Source: Gracilinanus agilis (Eukaryota). From it: a stretch of DNA of 64,000 bases. The stretch spans positions 658,483,394-658,547,393 of the forward strand of contig NC_058131.1 of assembly GCF_016433145.1 (NCBI RefSeq), read 5' to 3'. Below are positions 50,312 through 60,890 of the stretch, in pieces (position 1 is the first letter of the stretch; every line of letters begins with the position of its first letter). The translations under genes were made by a program, and so were the position numbers. The notes under the pieces are model-generated. The model was not told where the DNA came from. It worked only from the letters and a program-made list of their open reading frames with translations, and did no database searches.

Positions 50312-51282
50312 AGCATAGTGGCTGGCTTTATAATGAATATTTGCTGATGTCTATATTCTTCTGGTCTCCAACTCTACTACTAAGAAACATACTTACTCTT
50401 AACTTCTTTCTCTTTAATATATTAAGACTACTTACACAAGAAAAATAAAAGTAATAATTGTGTATGTATATAACTAAATATGTATGTTATATATTTGCAT
50501 ATATGTATAAAATTGAACCTTTAAAACAACATAACAATTTGGCAGTACTTTCTCAGAGATTCTGCTAAAGAGCTATCAAATTAAATTATAAAGATTAATA
50601 ACAAATATATAGTATATATAATATAAACAAGTAAACATTATGTAATATATAATATATAATCTTTTTATCATATATACACATCTGCACAGCTAAATCTACA
50701 TTATGTAGACACATATAAGTGTACGGTTTATATTTAATTTGGAAATTCTCATAGAATATTGGAGATTATTGGCAAATTGTTTTGGTGTCTTCAAAAATTT
50801 TGATAAAGCCAGTGTTGTTTAAAAATACTCCCCTGTATAAGATTTCACTTAAGGACAGTAGCTCCTAGAGTGATTGATTAGAGTCCTAAGAATAACACAT
50901 TTATTATGTTTGAGAATGAAAGATATTATGGAGGATAAACGTGATAACCTTTTTGTCATTTTAAGTCAGTTTTCCTTTGTTCCATAGTCACGACAATATA
51001 AAAGAGGATGGTTGGCCTAGCTAAACCGAGAGGTTCCAGATTGGACATTCTGGGGTTAAGTGATTAAATAAGGGAAACCGGAGCATGGGAGGGAGCTGTG
51101 ATCACTGTTTTTACCCTTAGTCAATTTTACCTCCTTTACATTTTTTTTTTCTGAAAATTGATCTTAGGGGAAAGGTGGGAGAGATGGAGAAAACATGGAC
51201 CACAAAATGTCAGAAAACAATGACTGAAATTGCTATTGATGTAATGTTGGGTAAAAAATTCTTTTCAAAAAAAGGGATCTTA

Positions 51283-54200
51283 GGTGCTTTTGTTGGACGT
51301 ACTGAGGAGCCCGAAGTGCATGTTCAAGGCACGCCTCTGTGGACATGGCAAAGGAGGTGCCTCTGTTCGGGCAGTCCCCTGGACCCCAGCTGCTGCTGCT
51401 GCTGCTCCTCCTCTTCCTCCTGGCGGCATCCATGGTTCTGCTTACCCAGACCCAGGGAGATGAGTTCGGGCCAGGCCAATGGGAGAGGGGAGCGGTGCAG
51501 GGACACAGATACCATCCTATTGGAAGACTTCCCATTGTGGCGGAATGTGTACCTCCGTGTGGCATCTCCGCTGAACGCCCTGCTGGCCACAGTCTTGGGC
51601 GCCAGCGTGGGGTCCCTCAACTACTGGCCGAGCCCAGACATCCACCAGGTGCACATCTCCTGGGTAGACTTCTTCGACCTCCTGAGCCTGGGCTAGAACA
51701 TCCTCGCCCTTGAGTAGGAACAGTTTATGGCCAAATCCGGCTGCCCCTCTTTTGGAGCAGGTGTATGTCTTCCAGATTTAGGCAGAAGGATGGAAAGAGG
51801 ACACCCGGGAGGAGAAGGTTGACGAGTGGCCGTGCATGGATCAGCTCCCGGACTCCCGGAACAAACAGGACTCTTTCCAGGGTTATGGAAAAACAAGGGG
51901 CCTCGGGGTGTCCTGTGTGTCCACGGGAGGCTCTGCTTCCCTCATTGCTCCCTGGCTTTCCTCATCAGCAGTTCACCTGCTTCATGACCACTATGGAGGC
52001 AAAGAATACCGGGACAAGGTCGGCGCATGCTGTTTGCCAAGCACACTCGTGCTGTGGGAGATAACTTTAGAAACATGTACATGAGGCAGACCAGATACCT
52101 TATCCGAAGACCGGACCCAGATGGAGGTAAAGCTGGGCACCTTCCTGGGGGGTCCTTACTTGGACGCCCATCTCTGGAGGGAGGATTTTATCTGGGGCCA
52201 CAGAGAAGATGTGCTATCAGAGCAGTGAAGACCATCCCGAGCTGTATGGAGACCCTCAAGCTGGCCAGGGTCTTAGTGGCCAGGGACTGGGCTAGAAAAG
52301 AGGCAGATGAGCTCGAGTCTCCTTCCTGAAAGGGTGAGGTTTGAGCCTAGCTGGGAGGAGGTTGAGCTCTATAAAGATGGTGGTACGGCCATCATTGAGT
52401 GACCTGTGGATCTGTACCCGTGCCCGAGTCTTCATTGGCACCTCACAGCTACATTCTCCTTTCAGATTCATGAGGAAAGAAAAATTCTGGGCCTGGACCC
52501 AAAAACCACTTACAACAGGTTTTGTGGGGACTGAGAACAAGTGTGAGCAGCTGACCCCCTGGAAGATAGCCTACTGAGTAGGCACTGCCTGGCCCCTCAT
52601 GGAACCCCCTGAGTGTTCCCTGGAAACTCACTAGGCCAGCTGGTAGCCTGGAATGGCCAAGAGGTCCTGTGTGGTGAGCTAAAGCCCTGGCCCTGGGGAG
52701 GGCAGGCCCAGATGTTGCTTGGCAGCGAAGCCTCAGAGAAGAGCCACAGGCTTAGACTTCAGTGGAATCTTTGTTTGACTGATGGTCAGCCACAGCCACC
52801 ACTCCTGTGGCCTCTCTTTACAAGAAAGCTTTCCCTTGATTTTGGGGGTCTCTGTTTAAGGCAGTGGTTTCCAAAATTTTGGCCTACCACCCCCTTTCCA
52901 GAAAAAAATATTACTTAGCCCCCTGGAAATTAATTTTTTTTAAATTTTAATAGCAATTAATAGGAAAGATAAATGCACCTGCGACCATCACCACCTTCAT
53001 GGATCGCTGTAGCACCCAGGAGGCGGTGGCACCCACTTTGGGAATCACTGGTTTAAAGTCTGGTCAGCCCATATAGGGGTCAGAGGTTTAACCTTGATAA
53101 AGAAAGTGATATTGAACGTGGGCAGCCCAAAAGCCATGATTCCTGCCTTCTGTGGAAGGCTTGGGGAATTACTGACCTAAGAGCTAGATTCTCTCTCCTG
53201 TCTGTCCAACTGTAGTAAAGGACACAAAAGCCAAGACAGGTGGGCTCCAGAGCAGTCCTCAAGGGGGCTGGAGGGATCTTCCCTCAGCCATGTGAGGTCG
53301 GGGCACACCTCTTTTCTGAGGAGAACAGCCATGGGCCAGCTCCCCATGACTCAGGCTTCCCCTAGGGCAGCCCCTCTGAGGGTAGATTCTGAACCATGGA
53401 GGAGCTCTTCTGACCTGTTGAGATGGCTGCAGGGCTACCTGGTCGGTGACAGAGTCTTCAGACCCTGTGAGAAGAGCATTTCCCTAATCCCAGTGTCTTT
53501 CTGAGGACCCAGTATTGGTGGCTTCCACCCCAAACACAGCCTCTGAGTGGGGGTAGTTCTGGGGCTTTGGATCCTGCTCCAGTGGTCTGTGCCCCACGAA
53601 TGTGGGAAGCAACAGTGCCAAGGCCAGGCCAGGGCTGAGGTTTTACATTTTTGTAGTTGACCTCTTGCCCATTCTTGGTCCCTAGAAAAAATGCTGGCAG
53701 GTTCACTCTACTTGGGGCCCTGTGCTTTTAAATCATTTTTCTCTATTTCCAGCACCACTCCCATTAGGAGTAGTTCTACAAAAGAAAGTGCCCCTCTGCC
53801 CACAAGCATGGGGAAGAGGGGTCTAAGGAGTGCCCCAGCCCAGCTCTGAGGCCTGTGGTTCATTCCTTTCTGGGATGAAACATCCATTCTCAGCAACACC
53901 TACCCCCACAATGGACAGATGCTTTAAAGATCACCTCTTGGTCAGGGCTCTTGTGAGGGGGTCTGACCTGAGGGCAGAGCAGGGCAGGGAAGCCCCAGCT
54001 CACTTCTCTGAAGGACTCTACCCTGCCCTTCCTGACTGGAACTTAGAGGAAGGGCTGCCCCATGGTGGCCTGAGACCCCCCCCTGCCCATTGCTCGTGGC
54101 CCAAACCAGGGCTTGGAGGTGTCCAGGCCCACTTCTGGGGCAGCCATGAAGGCTCAGAAGGCTTAGCACAACAGGGCCAGGCTGGCTTTGTCCCTCACTC

Positions 54201-54454
54201 AGCCCATTATTCATGGCTTCCTGCAGAAGAAGGCTGGTGCTCTCTACAGTCCCCAGGCCCATGCCCAGTACTGGCAAAGTATCTATTGTTTTCCACATGT
54301 GAAGTCAAGTATTAGGAAGAGAGACAAGTTTCTAGGAAGCTTGTGGCCTGCCAAGGGGCTTTGTTTTTCTTTTTTCGCCTTGGACCTATGCAGTAAATCA
54401 TGGAACCCATCCATGTGCCCCCTTTTTCTAAGGAAAATATAATTCTTTGCATTG
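51283..54454 (+). pseudogene. POFUT2: Processed pseudogene (retrocopy) of protein O-fucosyltransferase 2; disabled CDS 51345-52577 plus ~1.9 kb 3'UTR-like segment
   Basis: Collinear peptides across shifting frames match POFUT2: GDEFGPGQ; EDFPLWRNVYLRVAS; WPSPDIHQVHISWVDFFDL; [22 protein letters not shown]; [11 protein letters not shown]; [22 protein letters not shown]; [15 protein letters not shown]; [14 protein letters not shown]; CEQLTPWKIAY*. No introns. Internal stops at 51694-51696, 51715-51717 and 51779-51781 plus frameshifts. AATATA at 54436-54441. TSD AAAAAAGGGATCTTA (51268-51282) / AAAAAAGTGATCTGA (54455-54469). Confidence 0.97.
52862..53050 (-). mobile_element. hAT-family non-autonomous MITE (~190 bp), copy B, inside the retrocopy 3'UTR
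   Basis: TIRs CAGTGGTTTCCAAA / TTTGGGAATCACTG; 8-bp TSD GTTTAAGG (52854-52861) / GTTTAAAG (53051-53058). Confidence 0.93.
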
Positions 54455-54669
54455 AAAAAAGTGATCTGATATGTTACTGGGTTGAGCTTACTTCTATCCT
54501 CCCCATTTTATTTCCAACTTTTGAGTCAATTCCTTTTTACAAATAATAAGGAAATCACTGTAGACTATATAACTATGAAGCTGTCAAAGAAAGAAAGACT
54601 ACATAGATACTGTATTTGCAATAGTTTGGGAGAACAGCAAACACTTTTTATAACAACAACAACAAACAG

Positions 54670-54860
54670 TGCAAAAGCAAAATAAAATTGGAATCAAAGT
54701 GGGTGTCTGTTTTGGAATGGCTGAACAAATTTGTGATATGTGAATGTTACTATTATGGAAGAATAAGTGATGAAATCTGACAAACAAATAGATTTGAAAG
54801 AACTGAAGCAAAGTGAATGAGCTGAACTAGAAGAACAAAATGCACAATGGCTACCATAAA
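54670..54860 (+). mobile_element. L1 3' fragment
   Basis: ggaatggctgaacaaatttgtgatatg...gaactgaagcaaagtgaatgagctgaactagaagaac. Confidence 0.75.
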
Positions 54861-55149
54861 GCAATTAAAAATAAAATTAAAGTTAAGCACAAATTACATG
54901 TCTTGTAATATCAGATTAAATGCTAAGCATTAAGGAGAAAAAATCATATCTGATTCCTGCTTAGGTTTCAAATAAGGAATTAAGTATAAAAAATGGAAGG
55001 GATTTTAAGAATCATAAAGGCCAATCTATCCTTTTTTAAGAGGAAAAATTGGGTCTAGCAAGGTTAAATGACTTCCCTAAATTCACAGAAGTAGTTAGTA
55101 TTAGAGCTAGAATTTGAATTCAGTTCTTTTTGCTTCAAATCTAATTCCC

Positions 55150-55700
55150 TTTCTGCAATCACAGGATGTTTCTACTGATTAGACACCTCCTGAGTTCAAG
55201 GAAATGTACTGGAAGATTGTACAAAGTTTGGGTAAGTCACAGTCCCTGCTCACATGGAGTCAATTAGAGAAAAATAGACAAACACAAGTATAAGACACAT
55301 AAATTCATTAGAGAAGTAGGAAACTAAGTTCTATGTGGAGTCCTGTGGGTGTAAGGGATTTTCCTTAATTGGGAAAGGGATCAGAGAAGGGTTTATAGGT
55401 GATATTTTAATTGGCTTTTAAAGGTTGGGTAGAATTTTAATAAATAAGAAAGGGGAGGTTGTCTTTGTCTCCCCAATGCTTTCCCCATATCAAGTGTTTA
55501 ATAAATGCACATTGAATTAAATGCAGTTGAATAGAATTCAGGCAAAGGAAACTGCTTAAAAGCCAAGTGATGGAGAAGAAAACCTGATTTGTGTATAAGA
55601 GAAATAAGATAAAATCTTGAATTTGTACAGGAATGGACAGTGAGAAAGTTAGATCATCAGAGATAAGTATATTCAATAGACTGGGGGAATAATAGGCATT
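55150..55700 (-). mobile_element. L2 3' fragments, reverse
   Basis: aagtcacagtccctgctcacatggag...; minus-strand terminus near 55490-55540. Confidence 0.55.
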
Positions 55701-56434
55701 CAAGACTTAAGACCAAATTGAGAAGATAAAGGAAAGCTTTCTGAGGAGTTCATCAAAGCTTCAAGAAAAGGAGTATTGTTTAAATAATGATAGTTTCCGA
55801 CAATGTATTCCACTGCTGCTATTAGGAGAAAACTTTCACTCCTTTGCTTGTGAGCTCTTTCAAAGCAGAATATATCTTTCTCATTTTTGGTTTGAATCCC
55901 CAAGGCTTAGCACTGTTTCTGGAACTTGGTAGACATTTAATACATGTTAAAGTGACTTCCTTCCTGATATAGAAAATAACAAAATGAAAGTTACAACCAT
56001 GAGTTTTGAGTCCTATCTCTTTTTTTTTTTTGCTTTGCATCCTATAACTCCTTATATTCAGAATTATCTCTTCCCATATTGGGAAAGACAATCATGTTGC
56101 AAAATATCAGAAAAACAATTAAAAACCACTAGCATTATAAACAGCTTTAATGTTTGCAGAGTACTTTACATGTTATTTTATTTGATCCTCCCAGGTAGGT
56201 GCTATTATTAGCCTAATTTTTACAGGTGAGTTAAATCAAGGATGATGGATGTTTAATCACTTGCCCAGGTTCACACTGCTGGGATCTGGGGAAAGAGTCA
56301 AACACAATTCTTCCTGGGGTATATAACTAGCCACTGTACCACCTAGCTGTCTCCATGTCTTATCTATGGTTCTAGATTTAAGCTTCCTGTCTACATGGGT
56401 CATATTTTAGTTATATTTTTAAAAATTATACCTT

Positions 56435-57400
56435 CCATTAAAAAGCAAAACCAGACAAATTCTTTAAGTGATGTGGAAAAATAGGGATACTAATGTAGTC
56501 TTGGTGGAGTGGTGAACTGGTCCAACCATCCTGGAGAACAATTTTGAATTTGGTCCAAAGGACTATAAAATTGTATATCTTTTTTTTAAAACCCTTAACT
56601 TTTTTGTATTGGCTCCTTGGTGGGAGAGTGGTAAGGCTGGGCAATGGGGGTCAAGTGACTTGCCCAGGGTCATACAGCTCGGAAGTGTCTGAGGCCGGGT
56701 TTGAACCTAGGACCTTCTCTTTCTACGCCTGACTCTCAATCCACTGACCAGCTGTCCCCTAAAATTGTATATCTTACAAACCAGCAATACCATTACTAGT
56801 CCTGTATACCAAAGAGATCAAAGGAAAAAGAAATATCCTAAGTAGAATGGGTAGTGGCTTTTTTAGTGGTAGCAAAGAATTATGGTGATTGGATCATCGA
56901 TTGAAGAATGAACAATTTGTGATGTATGATTGTGATAGAAAACTATGGTGCTGTAAGAAATGATGAGCAAGATGGTTTTAGAAAAACTCAAGAAGTTTTC
57001 TCAGATCTCAGGCAAAATGAAATGAACAGAAGCAGGAGAACATTTTGCACTCTAACAAAAATACTGTAATGATGATCGACGGTGAAAGACTTAGTTCCGC
57101 ACATTAAGACATTGATCCAAGACTATTCCAAAGGATTCATGATGAAAAAAGTTAGCTACCTGCAGAGAAAGAGAACTGATGAACATTTGAGTGGAAATAC
57201 ATTCCACTTCATTTTTATCTGTTCATGTGTAAGTATGTTTGCAGTATGACTAAAATTGAAATATGTTTTGCATGACTTCACATGTATAATTTCAAAGTCA
57301 TATTTCTTCAGTTCTCAAGGAATGGGGGAAGGATGGGAAGTAGAGAGAGATCTTAGAAATCAAAATATCAAAACTTATATGCTTTCATATGGTTTTAAAT
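56435..57400 (+). mobile_element. L1 3' fragment interrupted by a SINE
   Basis: gatgtggaaaaatagggatactaatg...ggtccaaccatcctggagaacaatttt...caataccattactag...gaaatgaacagaagcaggagaac. Confidence 0.9.
56581..56759 (-). mobile_element. SINE1_Mdo-type SINE, short tail, nested in L1
   Basis: Reverse SINE body; exact 15-bp TSD TAAAATTGTATATCT (56566-56580 / 56760-56774). Confidence 0.96.
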
Positions 57401-57439
57401 ATAATTTGGAAATACCAGAAGATAGCTACAAAATATATC

Positions 57440-57900
57440 AACAACAACAATATTTTTATCAACCATATGATAGATTTTTGGTTTTTCTATCATAGTTATT
57501 TCTAGATATAACCATCCATTCCCAGCGAACACCCTATGCTCCTTTGTAGCAAATAAAAAGTGTTAAGACCAAAGGGCATAGTGATATCTACCAGAAAGAG
57601 AGAGAAGGTTCTTCATTTCTTTTGTGGCTAACATAGGAAATTACCTCTATTCAGCACTGACAAATTTTTTGCTGTTACTGCAGTCATTGCATATATTGTT
57701 ATCCAAGTTCTGCTTATTCATTCTTCCTTATTTCATTCTTGTTTTCCCCTTTTCTAAGATTCCTTTATCTATTTTTCTCTTGGTATAATAATATTCTACC
57801 ACATTCATATATCACTAATTGTTCAGGCATTTCCCAATGGATAGACATCCATTTTCATTCTGTTTCTTTTGTTTTTATTTCTTCTTGTTTTGCTCTTCCC
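57440..57900 (-). mobile_element. Old L1 3' fragment, reverse
   Basis: ccacattcatatatcactaattgttcaggcatttcccaatggatagacatcc. Confidence 0.7.
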
Positions 57901-57919
57901 ACTAAGCACTACTATGAAT

Positions 57920-58190
57920 TGAGGTAACTAGTTGGTACAGTGCAAGAGCAATGGGCATGCAGTAGCACTGGACCTAGAGTCTAGAAGACCTGTGTTCAAA
58001 TTTGACCTCTAATGCTAGCTTGTATGCCCCTGGAGAGGTCAGTCATTTAACTTCTGTTATGCTCAGTTTCAACATCTACAAAATGGGTTTTTGTAATACA
58101 TTCCAGGGTTTTTGTGAGGATTAAATGAGATTTAAAGCACTTAGCACAGTGCCTGGCATACAATAAATGCTTTATGGGTTGATATTATTA
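57920..58190 (+). mobile_element. MIR SINE, near full length
   Basis: ctggacctagagtctagaagacctgtgttcaaat...gaggattaaatgagat..aaagcacttagcacagtgcctggcatacaataaatgc. Confidence 0.8.
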
Positions 58191-58302
58191 TTATTACAGT
58201 CTTATTATCTTCTTATCTTTGACTTATTGAGGTAAAACATATCCCAGTATCTTTTTTAGATCCCTTTTTAGAAAGAAATTTAAATGAAACTAGTGAATCC
58301 TG

Positions 58303-58565
58303 TTGTTGTTCAGTAAATTGTGTCCAGCTAGTCACAACCCCATTTTGTGTTTTTTTTTTTTTGTTTTGTTTTGTTTTTTTGGTTTTTTTTGCAAAGATAC
58401 TGGAGTGGTTTGCCATTTCCTTCTCCAGCTAATTTTACACAGAAGGGAACTGAGGCCAGTAGAGGTAAGTGATTTGCTCAGGGTTATACAGCTAGTGCCT
58501 GAATTTGGATTTGAACTCAGGTCCTCCTAATTAGGGTGAGCACTTTATGTACTCTGAGCTGCCCC
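58303..58565 (-). mobile_element. MAR1 CORE-SINE, reverse, with internal (TTTTG)n expansion
   Basis: gcaaagatactggagtggtttgccatttccttctccagct. Confidence 0.9.
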
Positions 58566-58824
58566 AGTGAACCTTGCAGATAAATTAAATTGTTCTCTCA
58601 GGAACTGTCACTATTCTAAGAAATAATAATAATCCACCTCTAAAATATTTCTATTTTTTCTTATGATTTCCCCATCCCATTGAATGGGGTTATTATCAAA
58701 TTTTACACAACTATTTAGTATGATAATATAATAGAAATTTCTAGATAAAGTTTCTGCTTTGGGATCCTAGAATAAGGTTTCATTCTATATAATAAGGTAC
58801 ATTTTTAGGGGCAAGGCAGTATAT

Positions 58825-59050
58825 TTTTAGGTGGTATAATGGAAAGAGTGCTGAAATCTCAAGTCAGGGAGGCTTATCTGGCATGAGACACTTACAAGCT
58901 GTGTGACTCTAGGCAAGTCACTTAACCCCTCTTACCTTAGATTGTCAGCTGTAAAATGAGCAGAGGAAAAAAATGGTAAACAACTCCAATATCTTTGCCA
59001 TGAAAAGACCAAATTGGGAGTCAGACCCAAATGAAACAACTGAACAACCA
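58825..59050 (+). mobile_element. MAR1 CORE-SINE
   Basis: gacacttacaagctgtgtgactctaggcaagtcacttaacc...atctttgccatgaaaagaccaaat. Confidence 0.85.
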
Positions 59051-60279
59051 CAAGGACACATTTTTAAGGATATTCTCTGTATCTCTCTCATTAGTGCAGT
59101 CACTGTGTGTAATATTAAGTGGTTATATACATTTCTGGGCTCTAAAATTTTGCTGTAGTTTTCTTTAATCTTGTTTAGATTGTATGAATTTGAATCTTAA
59201 TAGTGTGTCTCAGTAAAATAATTAAAAAAACAATAGTTAACATATTTAAGCATCTATTTACCATTACTATTTGACAGAGAGAAAAATACAAAACACTAGA
59301 GTATGAATGTTAAAACAAAGGACCTTTTAAACTTCTCAGTAAAATGCAGAGGCTATAAAAAAAGAGCATGATGAATACAAAAATGAACCTAAGCTGTTCT
59401 GTCTTAGAAACTACTATAGCTTTAAAAACATTAAAATAAAAACACAATTCATCTCCTGAATAAAGCAGCTCACTGACTGACACAAGCTGGGGAGAAAAGG
59501 AGCCACTCTAAAAATACCTCAGTAAAAATAAATGGAAAAGCTGACATTTCCTTCTTTGCTCTGGGAAGAGTCACCTTTGGAAATGCGTGTGGCTGTACTG
59601 ACCAGGAGTTTATCCTTCACTCTTCATTACATCTGTATTCTCCAAGAGATGGGAATGCAAAGGTAAAGCCACTTGGTTCATTAGCTTCTTCTTAATTTCT
59701 TTTTCAACAATTGAGCCAGTGAAAATCATTTTAAATGAGCGCTACCACAACCATCTGAGAAATTCCAAAAATAAACACACACAGAGAGGGCAAATCTGTC
59801 AAAAATCAGTAAGTTTAAATGTTTAAACCAAACAAATAGTCTTGGGCCATGAACTTGGACTTGACCTTTGAGCAGATAGATGTGACAAGGTAGGAAACTG
59901 GAGTTTCAGCACCTTCTAATAGTAATGGGCAGTTTTCTAGACCCACCTGGCTTTCCCAGTTCAGCAGATCTAGACTCAGAGATAAGTCCAAGCTCACCAG
60001 TATTACACACCTTGCCCTCCACAATCCATGGCAGGAAAGAGAAGTCAACCAGTGAGACAATATCATTAACTGAACACTCACAAAGAGATGGCGCTCTCCA
60101 CATCCAAAGGTCTTGTCATCCAGTAGGAATATGAAATACATAAAAGTATAATAGCACAAAAGAAATGTCACAGGAAGTGGGGATCCCTCTGATTCATCAT
60201 CCCCTCATTCACTGGAATATTAGGCAAGGGACTCAAAATTATAGACATACATGACAGAGTAAGAGCAAGAAATGTGAAC

Positions 60280-60485
60280 GGGGGCAGTTAGGTAGCTCAG
60301 TAGATTGAGAACCAAATGCAGAGATGACAGGTTCTGGGTTCAAACCTGGTCTCATATACTTTCTAGCTGTGTGACTCTGGGCATGTCACTTAACCCCCAT
60401 TGCATACCCCTTACTATTCTTCTGCCTTGGAACCAATACACAGTGTTAATTCTAAGAGAGAAGGAAAGGGTTTACAAAAAAAAAA
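60280..60485 (+). mobile_element. SINE1_Mdo-type SINE
   Basis: ggggcagttaggtagctcagtagattgag...cttctgccttggaaccaatacacagtgttaattctaagagagaagg, poly(A). Confidence 0.93.
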
Positions 60486-60649
60486 GTTGGCACAGTGGAT
60501 AGATTTGAAGGGAATTGTAAAGGAGAAAAGGGAAAATAGACATGGAGATTGGAGTCCTCATCTAGGTCTAACTTATCTTTCTCCTAACAGAGAAATTCTA
60601 CTTGTTCCTATTTATGTTCGCCTTTTAAGACAAACTTTATTACTAGGGA

Positions 60650-60890
60650 CCTTTTGGCAGCTAGGTTGCAATGTGAATAGAATGTTGGGCATTCTAGTCA
60701 CAGATGCTTATTGGCTATTTTGCCCTGGTAAAGTCATTTGACCTCAGCAAACTTCAATTTCTTCAACTATAATACGTTGGTAGTAACTACCTACTTTCTA
60801 GAGTTTTGTGATGATCAAAAATAATGTTTGTAAAGTATATAGCAAAATGACTGTATACAGTAGGCATTTAGTAAATGCATATTTCCTTCC
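60650..60890 (+). mobile_element. MIR SINE
   Basis: ccctggtaaagtcatttgacctc...gttttgtgatgatcaaaa...catttagtaaatgcatatttccttcc. Confidence 0.7.

Noticed and set aside
51345-52577. Functional intronless POFUT2 retrogene
   Set aside because: At least three in-frame stops, several frameshifts and deletions, and the R294-equivalent is Trp
52613-54442. Cluster of 60-161 aa ORFs on both strands
   Set aside because: GC-rich 3'UTR-derived DNA of the retrocopy is stop-poor; no recognisable domains, and the frames overlap inconsistently
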